Origin: Chiloscyllium plagiosum
Taxonomy: Eukaryota
Length of the DNA: 64,000 bases
Assembly (NCBI RefSeq): GCF_004010195.1
Contig: NC_057718.1
Span: 83,434,503 to 83,498,502 of the forward strand
Reading direction: 5' to 3'
Shown: positions 13,684 through 27,589 of the stretch, piece after piece
Position numbering within the stretch: the stretch's first letter is position 1
Layout: the number at the start of each line of letters is the position of its first letter
Notes under the pieces: generated by a model
Databases searched by the model: none
What the model was told of the DNA's origin: nothing
Seen by the model: only the letters and a program-made list of their open reading frames with translations
Made by a program: the position numbers and the translations under genes

Positions 13684-14084
13684 ATGATTTATGTTCTGTA
13701 TTCCATGATTCCTTTGGTCCATCTCCCTAATTGATTATGCAAGCACCATACAGCTTTCTTATTCCTTCTATCTAGCAAAGTGTAAATATCATTTGCCCAA
13801 GTTGAAATTCAGCAGACAATTACACACGTCATGCTAGGTTAATAATGCTGTACTGTATTTGGTTGCAGTAACAAAGTAACTTCCTCAGCAATGCTCAAAA
13901 GACATGGGGAGGGCTCACAGGGATGATCAAAGAAAACCCAGCCCTGTCAATAGAATGGAAAGTAGCAGTGAGAAACCATTCTTCCAGTTACGGGCTGGTT
14001 CTCTCCTATGCTTCCTGAAAATACATCCGTGCGTGAACTCAGTGTAAGTGAGGGCGCAGGGCAGGCACGCAGGTGTGTGATATA

Positions 14085-14870
14085 GACAGGATGCAGAACT
14101 GGGCTGAGAAATGGCAGATGGAATTCAACCTGGATAAGTGCGAAGTGATGCATTTGGAAGATCAAACTCGAATGCTGAATATAGGATTAAAGACAGGATT
14201 CTAGGTAGTGTGAAGGAACACAGGGATCTGGGTGTGCAGGTACATAGATCCCTCAAAGTTGCCACCCAAGTGGATAGGGCTGTTAAGAAAGCATGTGGTG
14301 TTTTGGCTTTCATTAACAGAGGGATCGCGTTTAAGAACAGCGAGGTTTCGCTACAGCTCTGCAAGTCCCTGGTGAGACCACACTTTGGAATAGTGTATCC
14401 AGTTCTGGTTGCCCTACTATACAAAAGATACAGAGACTTTGGAGAAGATGCAAAGAAGGTTTATCAGGATGCTGTCTGGACTGAAGGGTTTGTCTTCTCC
14501 AGAGAGAAGACCTGATCGAGCGATACAAGATACTGAGAGGAATAGATAGTCAATAGCCAGAGACTCTTCCCCATGGTAGGTTTGACGTGTACGAGGGGTC
14601 ATAGTTTTAAGATATTAGGGGAAAGGTATAGAGCATACGTCAGAGGTAGGTTCTTTACGGAGAGAGTTGTGAATGCATGGAACGCGTTGCCAGTGGTGGT
14701 GGTGGAAGCAGAGTCATTAGGGACATTTAAGCGACTGCTGGACAGGCACATGGAGAGCAGAGAGTTGAGGGGTACGTAGGTTAAGTTATTATATTTTACA
14801 TTAGGATTAAACCTCAGCACAACATCGTGGGCCAAAGGGCCTGTTCTGTGCTGTACTTTTCTATGTTCTA
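14085..14870 (+). mobile_element. CR1 LINE 3' fragment
   Basis: ORFs 14138-14515 and 14573-14779 resemble the CR1 ORF2 C-terminus (RDLGVQVH, FFTERVVNAWNALP); ends in a ctatgttcta tail. Confidence 0.9.
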
Positions 14871-15572
14871 GCAAGGGTGGGCAGACACACACAAGGAGGG
14901 CAGACGCCAGCGAAGGAGTAGTCAGGCAAGCAAGCTACAGCAAGGGAGTAGTGCGCATAACACACACCCAAGAATGAAGGAGGAGCAAGCATGCGCCCAA
15001 GAGTCAGAGAAAGGGAGAGAAGAGCCAGCAAACCATTGCATGGGGAGATGGAGTCCCAGCAAGATGGATGGTGAAGGGTGAAAGAGGATATAAGAGGGGT
15101 GTGGTTGGAGGGGGATCTGAAAGTTTGGTTTAAGGGGGTAGGGGGAATCTACAAGACGTGTCTTGGAAAAGATGGAGGCTACAAGAGAGAGAGGACAGCT
15201 TTAAACCTGTCAACAAATTGATTTTCAGCTAACTAGGATCTAAGAAAACTTTAAATCATTGAGGGAATGCCTTGCAAATAAATATGGACTGTCTACTTTA
15301 ACAATGCATAAAATTCAGGAAAATATAATGGATTCTGCTGCAATCAGTACTATTGATTGCTACATTTAAACCTGACATGCAGTGAAAAGGGAACTAGCTA
15401 CCTGGTTAAACGTTCTGTGTGCTTTGAGCTGATGCGATTGAAATGTATTAAGTTTGACCTCACCAGTCTGCAGAATGACTGTTTAGGGTGATGGATTTTC
15501 AGGTGTAAAAACATCAGTTATTTCGAAATAATTTCTCATGCTAACTTATGTCTATTTGAATAGGCAAGATAA

Positions 15573-15638
15573 TAATGCAGTTTCAAGGAAATTAATGCAG
15601 TTTCAAGGAAATTAATGCAGTTTCAAGGAAATTAATGC
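15573..15638. repeat. Perfect 20-bp tandem repeat, 3.3 copies
   Basis: (taatgcagtttcaaggaaat)3 followed by taatgc. Confidence 0.95.
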
Positions 15639-16567
15639 TTTCCTTTTGTGTTATGGCTTTACATTTAATGGAGAGTTTATTATTGAGGATATTGATGAAT
15701 GCTTCTAATTTTGTTTCTGAGAGTCCATATGTTCACAGAAATACAGAAGGCATTTTTACCACAAGACTGCATCACCTAATGAGGTTAATAAGAATTAAAA
15801 AGTAGTCCTTACGACAATTTGAGAATTTTAAAAATTGACCCATATTCCTCAGTACTATCTCCTTCAAATTAGTGTTGTCTACAAAGTTGAAGTTGTACTT
15901 CAGCTTTTCTGAGACTAAATTATTTATACAAATTATGAATGGTAGCCCTGGTACTGAAATGATTAAATACCACTTTGTAGCTTTTGCCTGACTGAACAGC
16001 TAATCATAACCTGCTACCATAGCCAGCTTACCACTCAGAGTAGAAAAACTGTTCAGATAGCCAAAACATAGCTTACAAGAACCAAAAAGTGCCAGTTATG
16101 TTGGTATGAGGCTGAATTAATTTATCCAATACTGCAGGCAAACCTTTTGGGACTTAATCTACTGTATGGCTTGTTTCCTATTGCAGGCATTCAGTAAACT
16201 CTCAATTAGAACTGAAAGTGGAAGTACTGACTGCATACATGAAGCTTTCAGAAGACAATGAGAGAAAAGTAAACCTCTGAAAGTATAAATATCCTCATAT
16301 CATGAACAAATGTTCAAGTCCAGTATTGCTGATTTTAATTTGGCATAATAGAGCAGTGGGACAAAGATAGCTGATAGTTAGGGACACCTTCATACCTCAC
16401 GATCACACAGAATCACAAGCAATATTCTGACACTAAAGACATCAAATTGATGTCACTCTTCAAATTTTTTCATTCATTGCTCGGTTTTATAAGATTCGCT
16501 ATAAAACTGTTCAACAGATGGCCAATAGACAAGTGAAAAAAGTTACCAGCAGTTCAACTTTATTTAC

Positions 16568-16615
16568 CTTTATGTCTCTGTGCATTTTTCCTTTGTTGTG
16601 AAGATAATATAAACC
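16568..16615 (-). CDS. MAP4K3: MAP4K3 exon 6 (48 nt), GLYYLHNKGKMHRDIK (catalytic loop)
   Basis: ttgccgcag|GGTTTA...ATAAAG|gtaaat; HRDIK motif. Confidence 0.96.
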
Positions 16616-17606
16616 CTGCGGCAAAGGAAAAAAAGTATATACATTGCATTAATGTATAAAACCACTGATTTCAGCTAATCAAACAGATATTAAAAATTAC
16701 ACATATAGACAAATAGTCAAATGCCAATTTCCAAATGCAAATGTCAACTGAAATATTTCTGCTTTATCTCAGGTTCCAGGAAACACTAATCACATTTTTA
16801 GAAAGTCACAAGATGGCACAACTTTACAAATTAGAGCTGAGCAGCTTTAAGATGATATTAAAACATTTCTGCAAACAAATTGGGAGCAGAAATCTAGAAC
16901 ACAAGAATCTAAAAAGCTAAGGCTAGATTGATTGGAGACAGAGTGGCAATATCACTAGATAAATCAGTGGCCCAGGTTAATGTTCTTGGATATCTTTTAA
17001 TCAACTTGTTCAGAGATGTTTTACATATCTTTGGAGCAGGTGGCACTTGAACACAGGCCTCCTAGCTCAGAGATAGGGACCTTAATGCTGCACTACAAGG
17101 CACTAAGGCTCTGAGCATACATTCAAATCCCACAATAATCAGCTACTTTAAATTCATTTAACTAACACAAGTCTGGAATTAAAAGCTAATCTCCATGACA
17201 GGTAGGCATGAAACTACCATCAACTGCCATTCAAAAGCTGCTGCCTTTGTCTGGTCTGGCCTTCATGTGAATCCAGTGTGACTGGCTCTGAGCTATTTTC
17301 TTAAACAGATGAGCAGCCATATAACTCAAGGGAAATTAGAAATAGACAACAAAGACAGGTTTTGCCAATAACATCTTCCCTGGCCCAAAAATAAAGAAAT
17401 TGAAAATCGAAAATATTGATTGATAGATTTATGCATGCAAGGAAATTAGCATTACAGAACCAAGACAGATAAAATGGCATTGCTACAAAACAGTCAATAT
17501 CTAACTAAATGGGAGAGCAGTCTCAAGTGACTTTACCTGCTCCTACATTCTACTTAGAATTAACTGGGGTATTGTTGTAAAGCATTACCTGCAAGCTTAA
17601 ATGCCA

Positions 17607-17945
17607 TTTCATAAAATCCCTACAGTGTGGAAACAGGCTATTTGGCCCAACAAGTCCACACCAACCCTCTGAAGAGTAACCCACCCAAATCCATTCCCTG
17701 ACCCTATTACTCTACATTTACCCCTGACTAATGCACCTAAACTACACATCTCTGAACACTACATGCAATTCATCTAACCTGCACATCTTTGGATTGTGGG
17801 AGGAAACTAGAGTACCCAGAGGAAACCCGCGCCGATAGGGGGAGACTATGCAAACTCCACACATACAGTCGCCAAATGCTAAAGTCGAACCTGGGTGCCT
17901 GGTGCTATGAGGCAGCCGTGCTAACCACTGAGCCACCACACCACC
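17607..17945 (-). mobile_element. HE1/V-type tRNA-derived SINE
   Basis: Minus strand: tRNA-like head (GTGGCTCAGTGGTTAGCAC, GGTTCGA), V-domain (GTGGAGTTTGCA...GGGTTTCCTC), CR1-like tail. Confidence 0.9.
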
Positions 17946-18608
17946 ATAACTGCTAGGATTGGCAATCTATAGGACGATCTGAAGAATCAGAGTTATGGCC
18001 AACTACATCCTTGACAACCATCCATTTAGGTAATTGCCTTTACCTAAATGAAATTAATGCAGCAATCATCTTCACCCAAATCATGTCAGTTAACAGAGCA
18101 CAGACCAGGAATCAGACCTTTGAGTTTTCCAGGTATATATGCCTCAACTATGCACAGGAAAAAGTCAGAGTATTTTTGGAACCAGACAAGTATTTTCAAC
18201 ATAACTTCAAAAAAAACCCTAAATGTATTTTTATGAATTTTCTGCACTAGCCATTCCTACAGCTTTGATAAGAAAGTCAACCTAGACTGCTTTTGTGGCA
18301 TTCATCAAAATTGAACAACTGTTGATTTTCCTAAGCAAAGTTACTTTCCTACATTACAGAAGTGTTTATATATCTAAGTATAGATGTAAAGAGCTTTGGG
18401 GAAAAGCACTAGATAAATACAAGTCATTTTTAAATCTTTTTTCCAACTCGTCAGTCTACACCAGGTCCAAACCCAGGTCCCAAAGATGAAAAGAAATGCC
18501 ATAATCTACTGTTTAATGCCCATACTAAAATTCCTCAATATTCACAGCAAAATTGGAATGGATTGTTAGCTTGCAAAAGATATTTACTGAAAGACTATAA
18601 TTGCTTAC

Positions 18609-18664
18609 CTGTAGCGTTTCCCTACACACATAAGCAATCTGTAGTTCCGATAAGGGTCCTGTCA
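18609..18664 (-). CDS. MAP4K3: MAP4K3 exon 5 (56 nt), VTGPLSELQIAYVCRETLQ
   Basis: ttctaacag|TGACAGG...CTACAG|gtaagc. Confidence 0.96.
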
Positions 18665-19699
18665 CTGTTAGAAAGTTAAGAGAAAATGAAATTAAGGAAC
18701 AACTCTAAAGTAAATCAACAATTTAGGATATTTCCACTAACTGCACTAAATCATAACTTCTGTAAAAAAATTAGAAACAGAGCACAAGCATATGATGATG
18801 CAAGTCCATGGTTTAAGCTTCGCAACTTGTCACTTTATTCTAACATAGTTTATTGTTTGAGGTCCATATCTCCAACTGGTGTCACCATTTTTATTTAAAA
18901 GCCATTGTGCACATCTTTGTCAAGTTGCGCATCAATATCAGAGTTGTGCAGTGGAGTTGTGAGCCGTCATTGCATATCAGTATAACCCCTACCACCCAGT
19001 CACTTTTCCCCCCTTTTTTTCTGACTGTAGGCAAGGAAATGGCACGACACCTGTACATTTGGGCCATTCCAGGAGCAGTACATCTGCCCTGACCTTGGGG
19101 AGAAAAGTGAACTAAAATTAAGAGAAGGAAATTTTGGCCATTTGGCAATGCAATCAAAAGCAGGAAAAGACAAAACATAATCAGCAAAGAGAAACCGAGT
19201 GAAACAGGCAAGGCCAAAGGTGAGTTGCAGGTAGTGTGAGTACTTGATGCCACTACTATGGTCATGGCCATGGTTCCTGGTCTTAGCTTTGTGTGCTTTG
19301 TTTTATTTCTTATCTTACTCAAAGGGGATTTGCAACTGTCACTGGAAGAACTCGGAGCAATCCAGATTTCTCATAATCATCATGGACCAGGACATAAAAA
19401 AACACTCCCAGGAAAGAAAAGAGGCATAAGCAGCACAATACTGCCATTTCATGCAAAAAGTACAAAGTCCTTCACATTTAGCTCTTCCTTCTAACTTTTA
19501 TTGTTGAAGAGGATATTATTTACTAGTATTATAGCAGGGCTGAGATTTCCAATTGATAGTGTAATAAATGCCATCCACTTCACACTCCAGATATGATGCC
19601 TTGGTAGAAAAGCTGCGCAGAGTTACCAGAAATGCTGCTGTTAAATCCACCATGCGAATTGCAAAGTTTTCCCTTCAAGTAATAAGGTATTTCTTCAAT

Positions 19700-21050
19700 C
19701 TTGTACACTGAATCTCTCTCGTCCAGAAAAAAAACAAGAACCACCTAGCTCTTGCTTTAACCTTGATGCCAATGGTAACTTATAGTCATTACACTATAAT
19801 CATGATTGTCACGGAAGAAATTTAGCATTATCCCAGTTTAGGATCCAGTCTCTCAACTTTTCATTTTCTCTTAGCCCTGAAATTTATTTTATTACTCCCT
19901 TCTATGTCTTTCTCATAGAACCATGCACCGACCAAAATCGACTAAATGTCAGTGATCTCGTCTTATCTTGCCTGTAGCTGCTTATTGTGAATTTCTTTTC
20001 ATATCCAAATACCCTGATTACCTGCCACCTCACATGACCACATCATCCTCTTTCAAAACCTGTGTCATCTAGCATGATGAGAATGCTTTCACATGGTTCC
20101 ACTTATCTAATGATGACCAACTAAGATCACTTTTGTTTTTTTTTTACACTTTCTCTTCCTCCTCTCCAACATCTCAAAGCAGAGTTAGTATTAATATGTA
20201 CAGTAACAACACCCAGCCTCACCTCACCACCAGTTCTCCCGATTCCTCCACTGTTACCAGATTGCCTATGCAACACAGTACCAGAAGACAGATAATGTCT
20301 CCAATTAAATATTAGGAAGACTGAAGCCATTTTTTACCATTCACATTCCAAACCTCTCTTCCTCAGCTACACACAGCATCCCTCATCCTGACAACCAAGA
20401 AATTAAGCCATTTGTAATCTTGGTGTCACATTTTATCCAGAGGTAAGCCTCAAATCCCACTCGAACCATCATAAAGAACTTCCATTTCTAGCTCAACACT
20501 GCTCAACTTCTCTCATGTCTCAACTCATCAGCTGCTGAATCCTTATACACCTTTTTCTTAACTTTAGACTTGACCATTCCAACAAGCTGGCTGCTTTCGC
20601 CATTTCTATTATCCATAAACTTCATACTCCCAAAGTTCAACTACCTGTGCCTTGCACCAAACATCAGTTTCCTGCCCACCTTTGCTCTGAACTACATTAA
20701 TCTTGATCAAGCAATGTCTTGATTTTAACAATCCCAAGATTGTTTTCAAATTCCTCCACTATCTCACTCATTATCTCCTTAATCTTATCCAGTTTTATCA
20801 CCCTCTAAGATATTTGGTGTAATCCTGGCCACTTAAGCATGTTGATTTTAAACGCTCCTCCACAGCTAGCTAAACTTTCGGTTGCCTAGGCTCAAAGCAT
20901 TGGAGTACCCTCCTTACACTGCCTAGTTTGCTTTCCTCCTTTAAAAGCTTTAGTTACCTCACCTATTATCTCTTTTTTTGGCTGTTGTCAATTCTTCTGT
21001 GAAGCACCCTAAAATGTTTTTATTGTCTGCTTTATGATATTAAAAGCACA
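19700..21050 (+). mobile_element. Highly decayed L2-type LINE
   Basis: MYSNNTQPHL near 20195-20225 resembles RT motif YADDTQLYL; L2-like 3' region follows. Confidence 0.55.
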
Positions 21051-22048
21051 TTACTGTTGTCGTTCTGAAGCATGTATCACTCACCAGAAAACACAGAGAT
21101 ACCACCTGTTCTTTGGCCTGTCAATGAAACTGGAACTGGCTGCAAGAATTAGTTATTTGTTTCACCAGATGCCATTTCCATCATTTGCTTGACAGCCTCA
21201 CGTCAAACAGAGTACTCTGCCACAAATGGGAATTTCACTCCAACATGTGATTTATAAAAGCTGAATGCCCATGAAGAAATTATACTTATTTTTAAAAAGT
21301 AGATACAGTATGGAATGCACAGCCTAAAGAGTTTGTGGAAACAAAGTCAAAGGCAATATTTGGAAGAGTACTGGATACATATTTCCAAGTAAAACATTTT
21401 CAGAGTAGCAGGGAAAGAGCAGAGGAGTGAAGACTATGTGGACATAGAACTTGCACAAGCATGATCCACCAGATGGCTTGCTTCTATGTTGTATTATTCT
21501 TAAATTCTCTGCTGCACAGTGCTGTTGAACCTTCATATAGCAATGTAAAATCATTAACTCTACAGGTTTTCAAACTGGCTTGACACCAACAAAGGTTTCA
21601 ACGAGGACCATAGTTGTGGCACAGCTGACAAAGTTTCTCATTAATTTGTTGAAAACACAATGCAGTTTTACAATAAAGTTGGTTGCATGAGCAACTAGCA
21701 TTCAGGTGAATGAACAAAACAAAAGAAAGATAAACCACAGTATATGCTATAGTGCAGAATGATTAAAAATATGGAACAGTGCAACTGGTATCAGACAACG
21801 AGCAATACTTGAAAAGCTCAGTGAATAAATAGGGGTCAGGATAGGACAGATTTCAATTCAGGACTTAAATGTGTCAATCTAAGTATGTTACAGGTTTTAA
21901 AGAAAACAAATACTATTTTAACATCAAGACTGCATACATAATACTGAATATAACGAGAGAAACTACAAAACTTCAGTTATAAAACTTAAAAAGGTATATG
22001 AAATTTGCATATATTTCTATCATTTTAAAAAAAGAATTGTATGCTCAC

Positions 22049-22113
22049 CATGATATATATCTTGTAATGATCCGCCTCCACAAAACTCCATACAAATCCA
22101 TAGCTTGTCACGT
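22049..22113 (-). CDS. MAP4K3: MAP4K3 exon 4 (65 nt), [22 protein letters not shown]
   Basis: aaaatctag|ACGTGAC...TATCATG|gtgagc. Confidence 0.96.
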
Positions 22114-22245
22114 CTAGATTTTAAAAAAAAATCTGCATTTTAATGATTCTTAACAACCAGACCTCTATGGTACAGCTCCAAGTGGTGAGAACAGAAGACA
22201 TTAATTTGTTAACATTAAGGGCCAGTCTCAGGATATGGCATAATT

Positions 22246-22375
22246 CTGACAAAGGATCACTGGGCTCAAAACGTAAACTTTGCTGCTCTCTCTACAGATA
22301 CTACCAGACCTACTGAGTTTCTCCAACATTTTGTTTTTGTTTTATGTTTCCAGCCTTTCACAGTTCTTTGTTTTA
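22246..22375 (+). mobile_element. Decayed Penelope-derived short repeat with degenerate hammerhead core
   Basis: ctgacaaaggatcactgggctcaaaacgtaaact...ccagacctactgagtttctccaaca; homologous to 62576-62708. Confidence 0.55.
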
Positions 22376-22387
22376 TAATTTTGGAGA

Positions 22388-22498
22388 GCTCTTGTGGTGC
22401 AGTGGTAATACTGCTGCCTGAGAGACAGGAGTCCTGGGTTCAAATCCCAAGCTGTGTAATAACATCCCTCAACATGAGGGTTGATGAGGGAATATCTA
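22388..22498 (+). mobile_element. Short (~110 bp) tRNA-derived SINE; related copies near 16995-17100 (-), 34885-34995, 48860-48955 and 59690-59775
   Basis: A-box-like tggtgcagtggt and B-box-like gggttcaaatcc, followed by the shared tail gtgtaataacat...ggttgat. Confidence 0.6.
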
Positions 22499-23620
22499 GT
22501 ATAATTTTGAAGTGGCCTTCAAGACCTGACAGGACAGAAAGGAGTTTCATAGATTCAAATATTGTGGAAATAAAGGTCCAGGTATCAGTGAGATTTGGAT
22601 GAACTGAGGAAGAAATTATTTTGTTGTAGTAACATTAGAATCTGCCATGAAACTATTAGGGAGTTCTATTCAGTGGAGTCAGCATCTTTGATACAAAGGA
22701 AGTCAGGGGTTTGGATTGGTGGAGGAATTGAGAGATCTAGGAATTTAGATGATTTTCAGACCACTAGGAGTCATGGAGATCTGGAAACACTGGACAGCAT
22801 GGTTCTGCATTTTTTTTGGGAGAGCGCTGGCCTTTATTGCAAAAAGAATGGAGCATAAAATAGAGAAATCTTGCTAAAACTATGCAAGGCTCAAATTAAG
22901 CTGATGGAGTATCACCTTGGAATTCATTATCTTCCTTTTAGCACATGGAATAATATGAAACAAGTATAATTTTCTAACCTACAGAATTAAACAGCATGGT
23001 ACAGAACTGCCATCACAAAGTTAACAAACAATAAATAAAACAGGGCATTTTTACACTTCTACTTGGAATTACACTTATGAGCTGAACACTACCAAACCAT
23101 TTTCACAACAAGTTGCTATGATGTAAATTGTGTATATATTTAACATAATTTATTATTAATTTTGGTCTTTTGAGTTGGTAACCTTTTGGCTTTCTGTGTC
23201 TCAAGTTAATAATTAACTTGTAAGTATTTCTTTCAAAACAGTTTTTGAGGCCGGGCTTTAGAATGAATAGGTTTTTGTTTGCCAGTAATGGACTTTTTTT
23301 TTGTTGATCTTTGAATTTTTGCAAACAAGGAAGGAAAATAATAAGACTCATGGTTTGTTGGATACTTATGGATTTTTTTTTTCAGCTTAAGGGGAACATT
23401 CAGCTTCGAGAGAGAGAGACTGACCTTAGTTTCAGCTTTACTTTGAGTTGTCCTGTGAAATCCTTGGGATGGGATGGCTGTACATACATGGCTCCCGAGA
23501 AGAATTAGGTTACCTCAGAATGAAGAGTTAGTGCTAGCTCCAGACTAGAAGTGTTAGGCTAAAGCCCTGAAGAGATTATTTAAAACAGAGTACATTTAAG
23601 CTCAGGTGTATGATTGTTCC

Positions 23621-23834
23621 TGAAATAACTCCATGAATCCCATCACCAAGTCACCCTTTACTTACACATGCATAGTTCGGCCAGCTCAGTGCCAGGTCCT
23701 TAGGTGAACAGAACCCTGATCCTCCAGTTTCCATCTGTCAGCCAGAACTCCCTGATTAGGGATGCTAACCTGGTCCAATCAGGGAACTCACATTCTACAA
23801 AGTCTACCTGACCAACCTCATTCCAATCACTACA
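23621..23834 (-). mobile_element. Solo LTR (214 bp) of an LTR retrotransposon
   Basis: TG...CA termini, perfect 5-bp target-site duplication GTTCC (23616-23620 and 23835-23839), polyA-signal-like AGTAAA on the minus strand. Confidence 0.75.
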
Positions 23835-24175
23835 GTTCCAAGAGGAAGCTATTTGCAATTCCACCCTAGGAGTTGAAATCACAAGCGACTTTGATGTAAA
23901 GATTGTACAAGCGATGCTTTGGATACTACATCAGTTGTGTGTTTTGGGTATCCTGTTCAGTTTATTAAGTAGAGTTTTGAGATTAACAGGATTATACTTG
24001 TACTATTGGTTTGAAAGTCTTTGAATTCGTATTAATAGTAGATAGTTTGTTTTATTCTAGTTTACCTTCATTCTTTTGTTTATACAATTCTGGTTAATTG
24101 TTAATTCTGCATGAGATCACTTTTTTTAAAATCAAAACAATATGATCCATTAAGCCAGGTTACTGAGTTCTGACT

Positions 24176-24382
24176 TAGAGTCATAGAGATATACAGCATG
24201 GAAGCAGACCCTTCGGTCCAACCTGTCCATGCCGACCAGATATTCCAACCCAATCTAGTCCCACCTGCCAGCACCCGGCCCATGCCCCTCCAAACCCTTT
24301 CTATTCACATACCCATCCAAATGCCTCTTAAATTTTGCAATTGTACCAGCCTCCACCACATGCCCTGGCAGCTCATTCCATG
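24176..24382 (-). mobile_element. CR1/HER1 LINE 3' end
   Basis: Nearly identical to the 3' end at 29052-29260, including the ctctatgactct tail. Confidence 0.9.
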
Positions 24383-25289
24383 TCCAGTAATAACTTCAGC
24401 TGAGATCATTGCACAAATCAAAATGTTAATTTTTTTATTAAGCAAATTAGGTAACAACACTGATAGGCTACGTGCAAGTTTAGATCAGAGATGTCTTCAA
24501 GAATATTAAATGGTACACATTACCTTGGAATGAGAACTATTAAAAATTTTAATTAAATCTGCATCAATATACTATTTCCTACTTTTACACTGATGTAAAC
24601 TCTAACACCAAACTACTACATAATGTTTAAAACTCTATACCCTGAATTTCATACAAAATCTAAAACACAGATCAACATAGTTAGCTAGACTACAGACAGT
24701 CATTCAATTACAAGTCATCAAGGACCTTTAACATTTATTGGAAACCTTGAAGGATTACCTTTAAGCCTAAATGCATTTCCAACACAACGGTGAGCACAGA
24801 CCAACTGCAATCTCCAGACAATCGAATTGCAATATGTAATTTGGCAACTAATTGAATAATTAGAAGCCTTACCAGATCTATGAACAACGTAAAAGTGGAT
24901 TCTGTTTACATTAACTTTCATAGCTGACATAGGAGGTCTAATACCCAGCTTTACATGCAGCGACAGAGTTATCAGTGACTGCAAAAAAAAGTCACTGCCT
25001 GAAATGACAGAAGAGGATGTGATTTAGCTTTTCAGCCTGATCAGCTAAGTGTTTTGACTTTAAGACATACACAACTTCTAAATTTTTTTTTGTAAATCTA
25101 TAATAGTAAGGTGAAGGATTTTTTAAAATTAATGCTTACACTGAGATGGGTCTCTTGATTGACTTTTAATATTAAGGATTGGTATTCGGTTATCCTGGAG
25201 CAGTGTTTTTGAGAAAAGTGTGCTGCATTTGTTTTTAGATAATTTCTGGATCTGTATATTGTTAAAGGGGGAGAAATGGCTTTTGGTAG

Positions 25290-26392
25290 GGTGATATTCT
25301 CTTCCCATCAGACGTGGGAGGTCAAGGAGAATTTGAATGTTCCTGGACACTATGTCTACAGGAAGTGTGCTTGGTTGCGAATCCTATCAGACCACATGGA
25401 TTGGTTAGAGTGGCATTTAGAGGCAATGAGGAGATAAAAGAGCAAGTGGGCATGATGGATAGCAGATGGAACCATCAGGAAAATGGAGACACTGAAGATA
25501 CAGTCAGGTTGATGGTTGACCTCCAGGTATGGTAGGAGAGGTAGCAGGTAGTGTAGGAGTCTCCTGTGATTTTCCTCAACTCAAATAGGCATACTTTTTT
25601 GGATCCTGTAGGAAAGGATGGTTTCTCAGGAGAGTATAGCGCTGACAGCCAGGTTTGTGGTACTGTGATTGGCTGTACTGTAACTAGGGGTCTGTCAGGT
25701 TCCAAGTAATGAACTGTAATAGGGGACCTTTGAGTCTGGGGCAGATGTTTCTGTGCCATCAACGAGGCATCAGAATGGTGCACTGCTTCCTTGGTGCCAG
25801 GATCAAGAATGTCTCAGAGAATGCAGAATATTCTGAAAGGGGAGAGTGACCAGCAGACAGTTGTGCCTGTTGGTACTAATAACATAGGTAGGGAAAGGGA
25901 TGAGGGTCTGCAGAGAGAATGTAGGAAATCAGGCAGCACGTTAAAAAGGAGGTCCTCAGGAGTAATATCTTTACTACTACCAGTATCACATGCTAGTGAC
26001 AGTAGGTATGGGAGGATACAGCAGATGAACAAATGACTGAGGAGTTGGTGCAGGGAGAAAGGATTCACAGTTTTGGACTATTGGAATGTCTTCAGGGGTA
26101 GAAATGATCTGGAAGAGGGACAGGTTCCACGTGAATTGAAAGGGGACCAATATCCTCATGTGGAGATTTGCTGTGGTTGGGGGAGTGTTCTAAACTTGTT
26201 TTTGGGTGGGGGTAGGAGCTGCCAGAGGTGGTGGTAGAGGCAGGTGCAATTGCAACATTTAGGAGGCATATGAATAGGAAGGATTTAGAGCAATAAAGGT
26301 AAAATGCTGGCAAATGGAATTAGGTCAGATTAGGATATTTGATTGGCATAAACAAGTTGGGCCGATTGGCCTATTTCTGTGCTATATGACTA
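25290..26392 (+). mobile_element. Internally deleted CR1: ORF1 remnant joined to the 3' end
   Basis: SGNH/esterase-like ORF1 motif VVPVGTNNIG (ORF 25791-26036), then an abrupt jump near 26215 to gagctgccagaggtggtggtagaggcagg (CR1 3' end). Confidence 0.75.
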
Positions 26393-27589
26393 ACTTTCCT
26401 TGAAATCATACTGGATACTTTAAACAAACAAAATTCTTCATATTTAAGTTGCAAATTTTGTCAAAATTTGTGTAAAACTGAAATATCATCTTACGTAAGT
26501 TGGGTTGTTAAAGGCATCTTTGCAAAGAAAAACAGAATACTGATGTGGATGATGATTATAATTACCAAAGTCCCTCATTCCAAGGAAGTGCCAATTAGTT
26601 CAGCTTACGAAGCCATCCTCGTAACATTTGGTGTCATATTTGAGCCACAGAAGACCTTCTAAACACGTTTACACCATCTTGAAAACTATTTACTTCCAGT
26701 TCCATTACAAAGCTCAATTTCTCCTGTTTCAATCAGGTGCTGCAGAAATTCTCATCAATATCTTTGTTACCTAACTTTCACTATTTGTACACATTTCTGG
26801 CTGGTTTCCCCACATCCTACTCTCTATAAATGTCAGGTCATCCAAAACTTTTTTACTTCTGAGCCAAATCCACCTCTTTGGTCAAAAGGTCCTGGACTCA
26901 AGCAATATAACCAATTTAAAATTCTCATTCTCATTTTCATTTTCAAAGCCATCTATGGATCTATAATCTCTTTCAGCACCACAACAATCATCACCACCGC
27001 CATCAATTTAGAGGGGCCCACAATGTCATACAATTTGTGTTCCGATAAAATTCCTTAGAACATCTTACTACATTAAAAAATTACAACTGAAGTACCAACT
27101 GTTGCTGTTATCTCGGTTATATTTGTTTTAAGTATACTAGCTGTTACTGATTACATTTATGCCTGTCCTATTTCTAGATATGTTCCTGCCACATGCAAAT
27201 ACACAAAGAGAAATCAGATAGCCTTAAGTTCCATCCATCTCCCTTACAACATAGCCTGCTCAGGGCTTTGGCAAATTAATCTTTAAAGGTAATTATCTCT
27301 CATTTGCAAATCCGTTTTGAACAAAGTAGTAAGTGGGTTTGAATGCTTTTAAGCCAATTTTGTTTATAAACCAATTTAGCTCCAACTCTCAAAAACAAAA
27401 TATTTCAACAGAACACCCTATCTGCAAGCATAGATTTTCTGTTGCTAGATCTGTTATCTCTGAAGTCAACATGATTCCAATCTTTAAGGGCAAATAATTC
27501 CTTTAGTTGTATTTATTCAAATTTCTACTTCTAAATTTAAATTTTTTAAATCTAAAAATTACAAAAGAGAATACATGAATTTGAATTTC

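Noticed and set aside
15573..15638. Regular 20-bp repeat as a possible CRISPR array
   Set aside because: The units are directly adjacent with no spacers, and the DNA is eukaryotic; it is a simple minisatellite.
18891..19322. 143-aa hydrophobic ORF
   Set aside because: No recognisable motif, non-ATG start, intronic; probably noise or decayed repeat.
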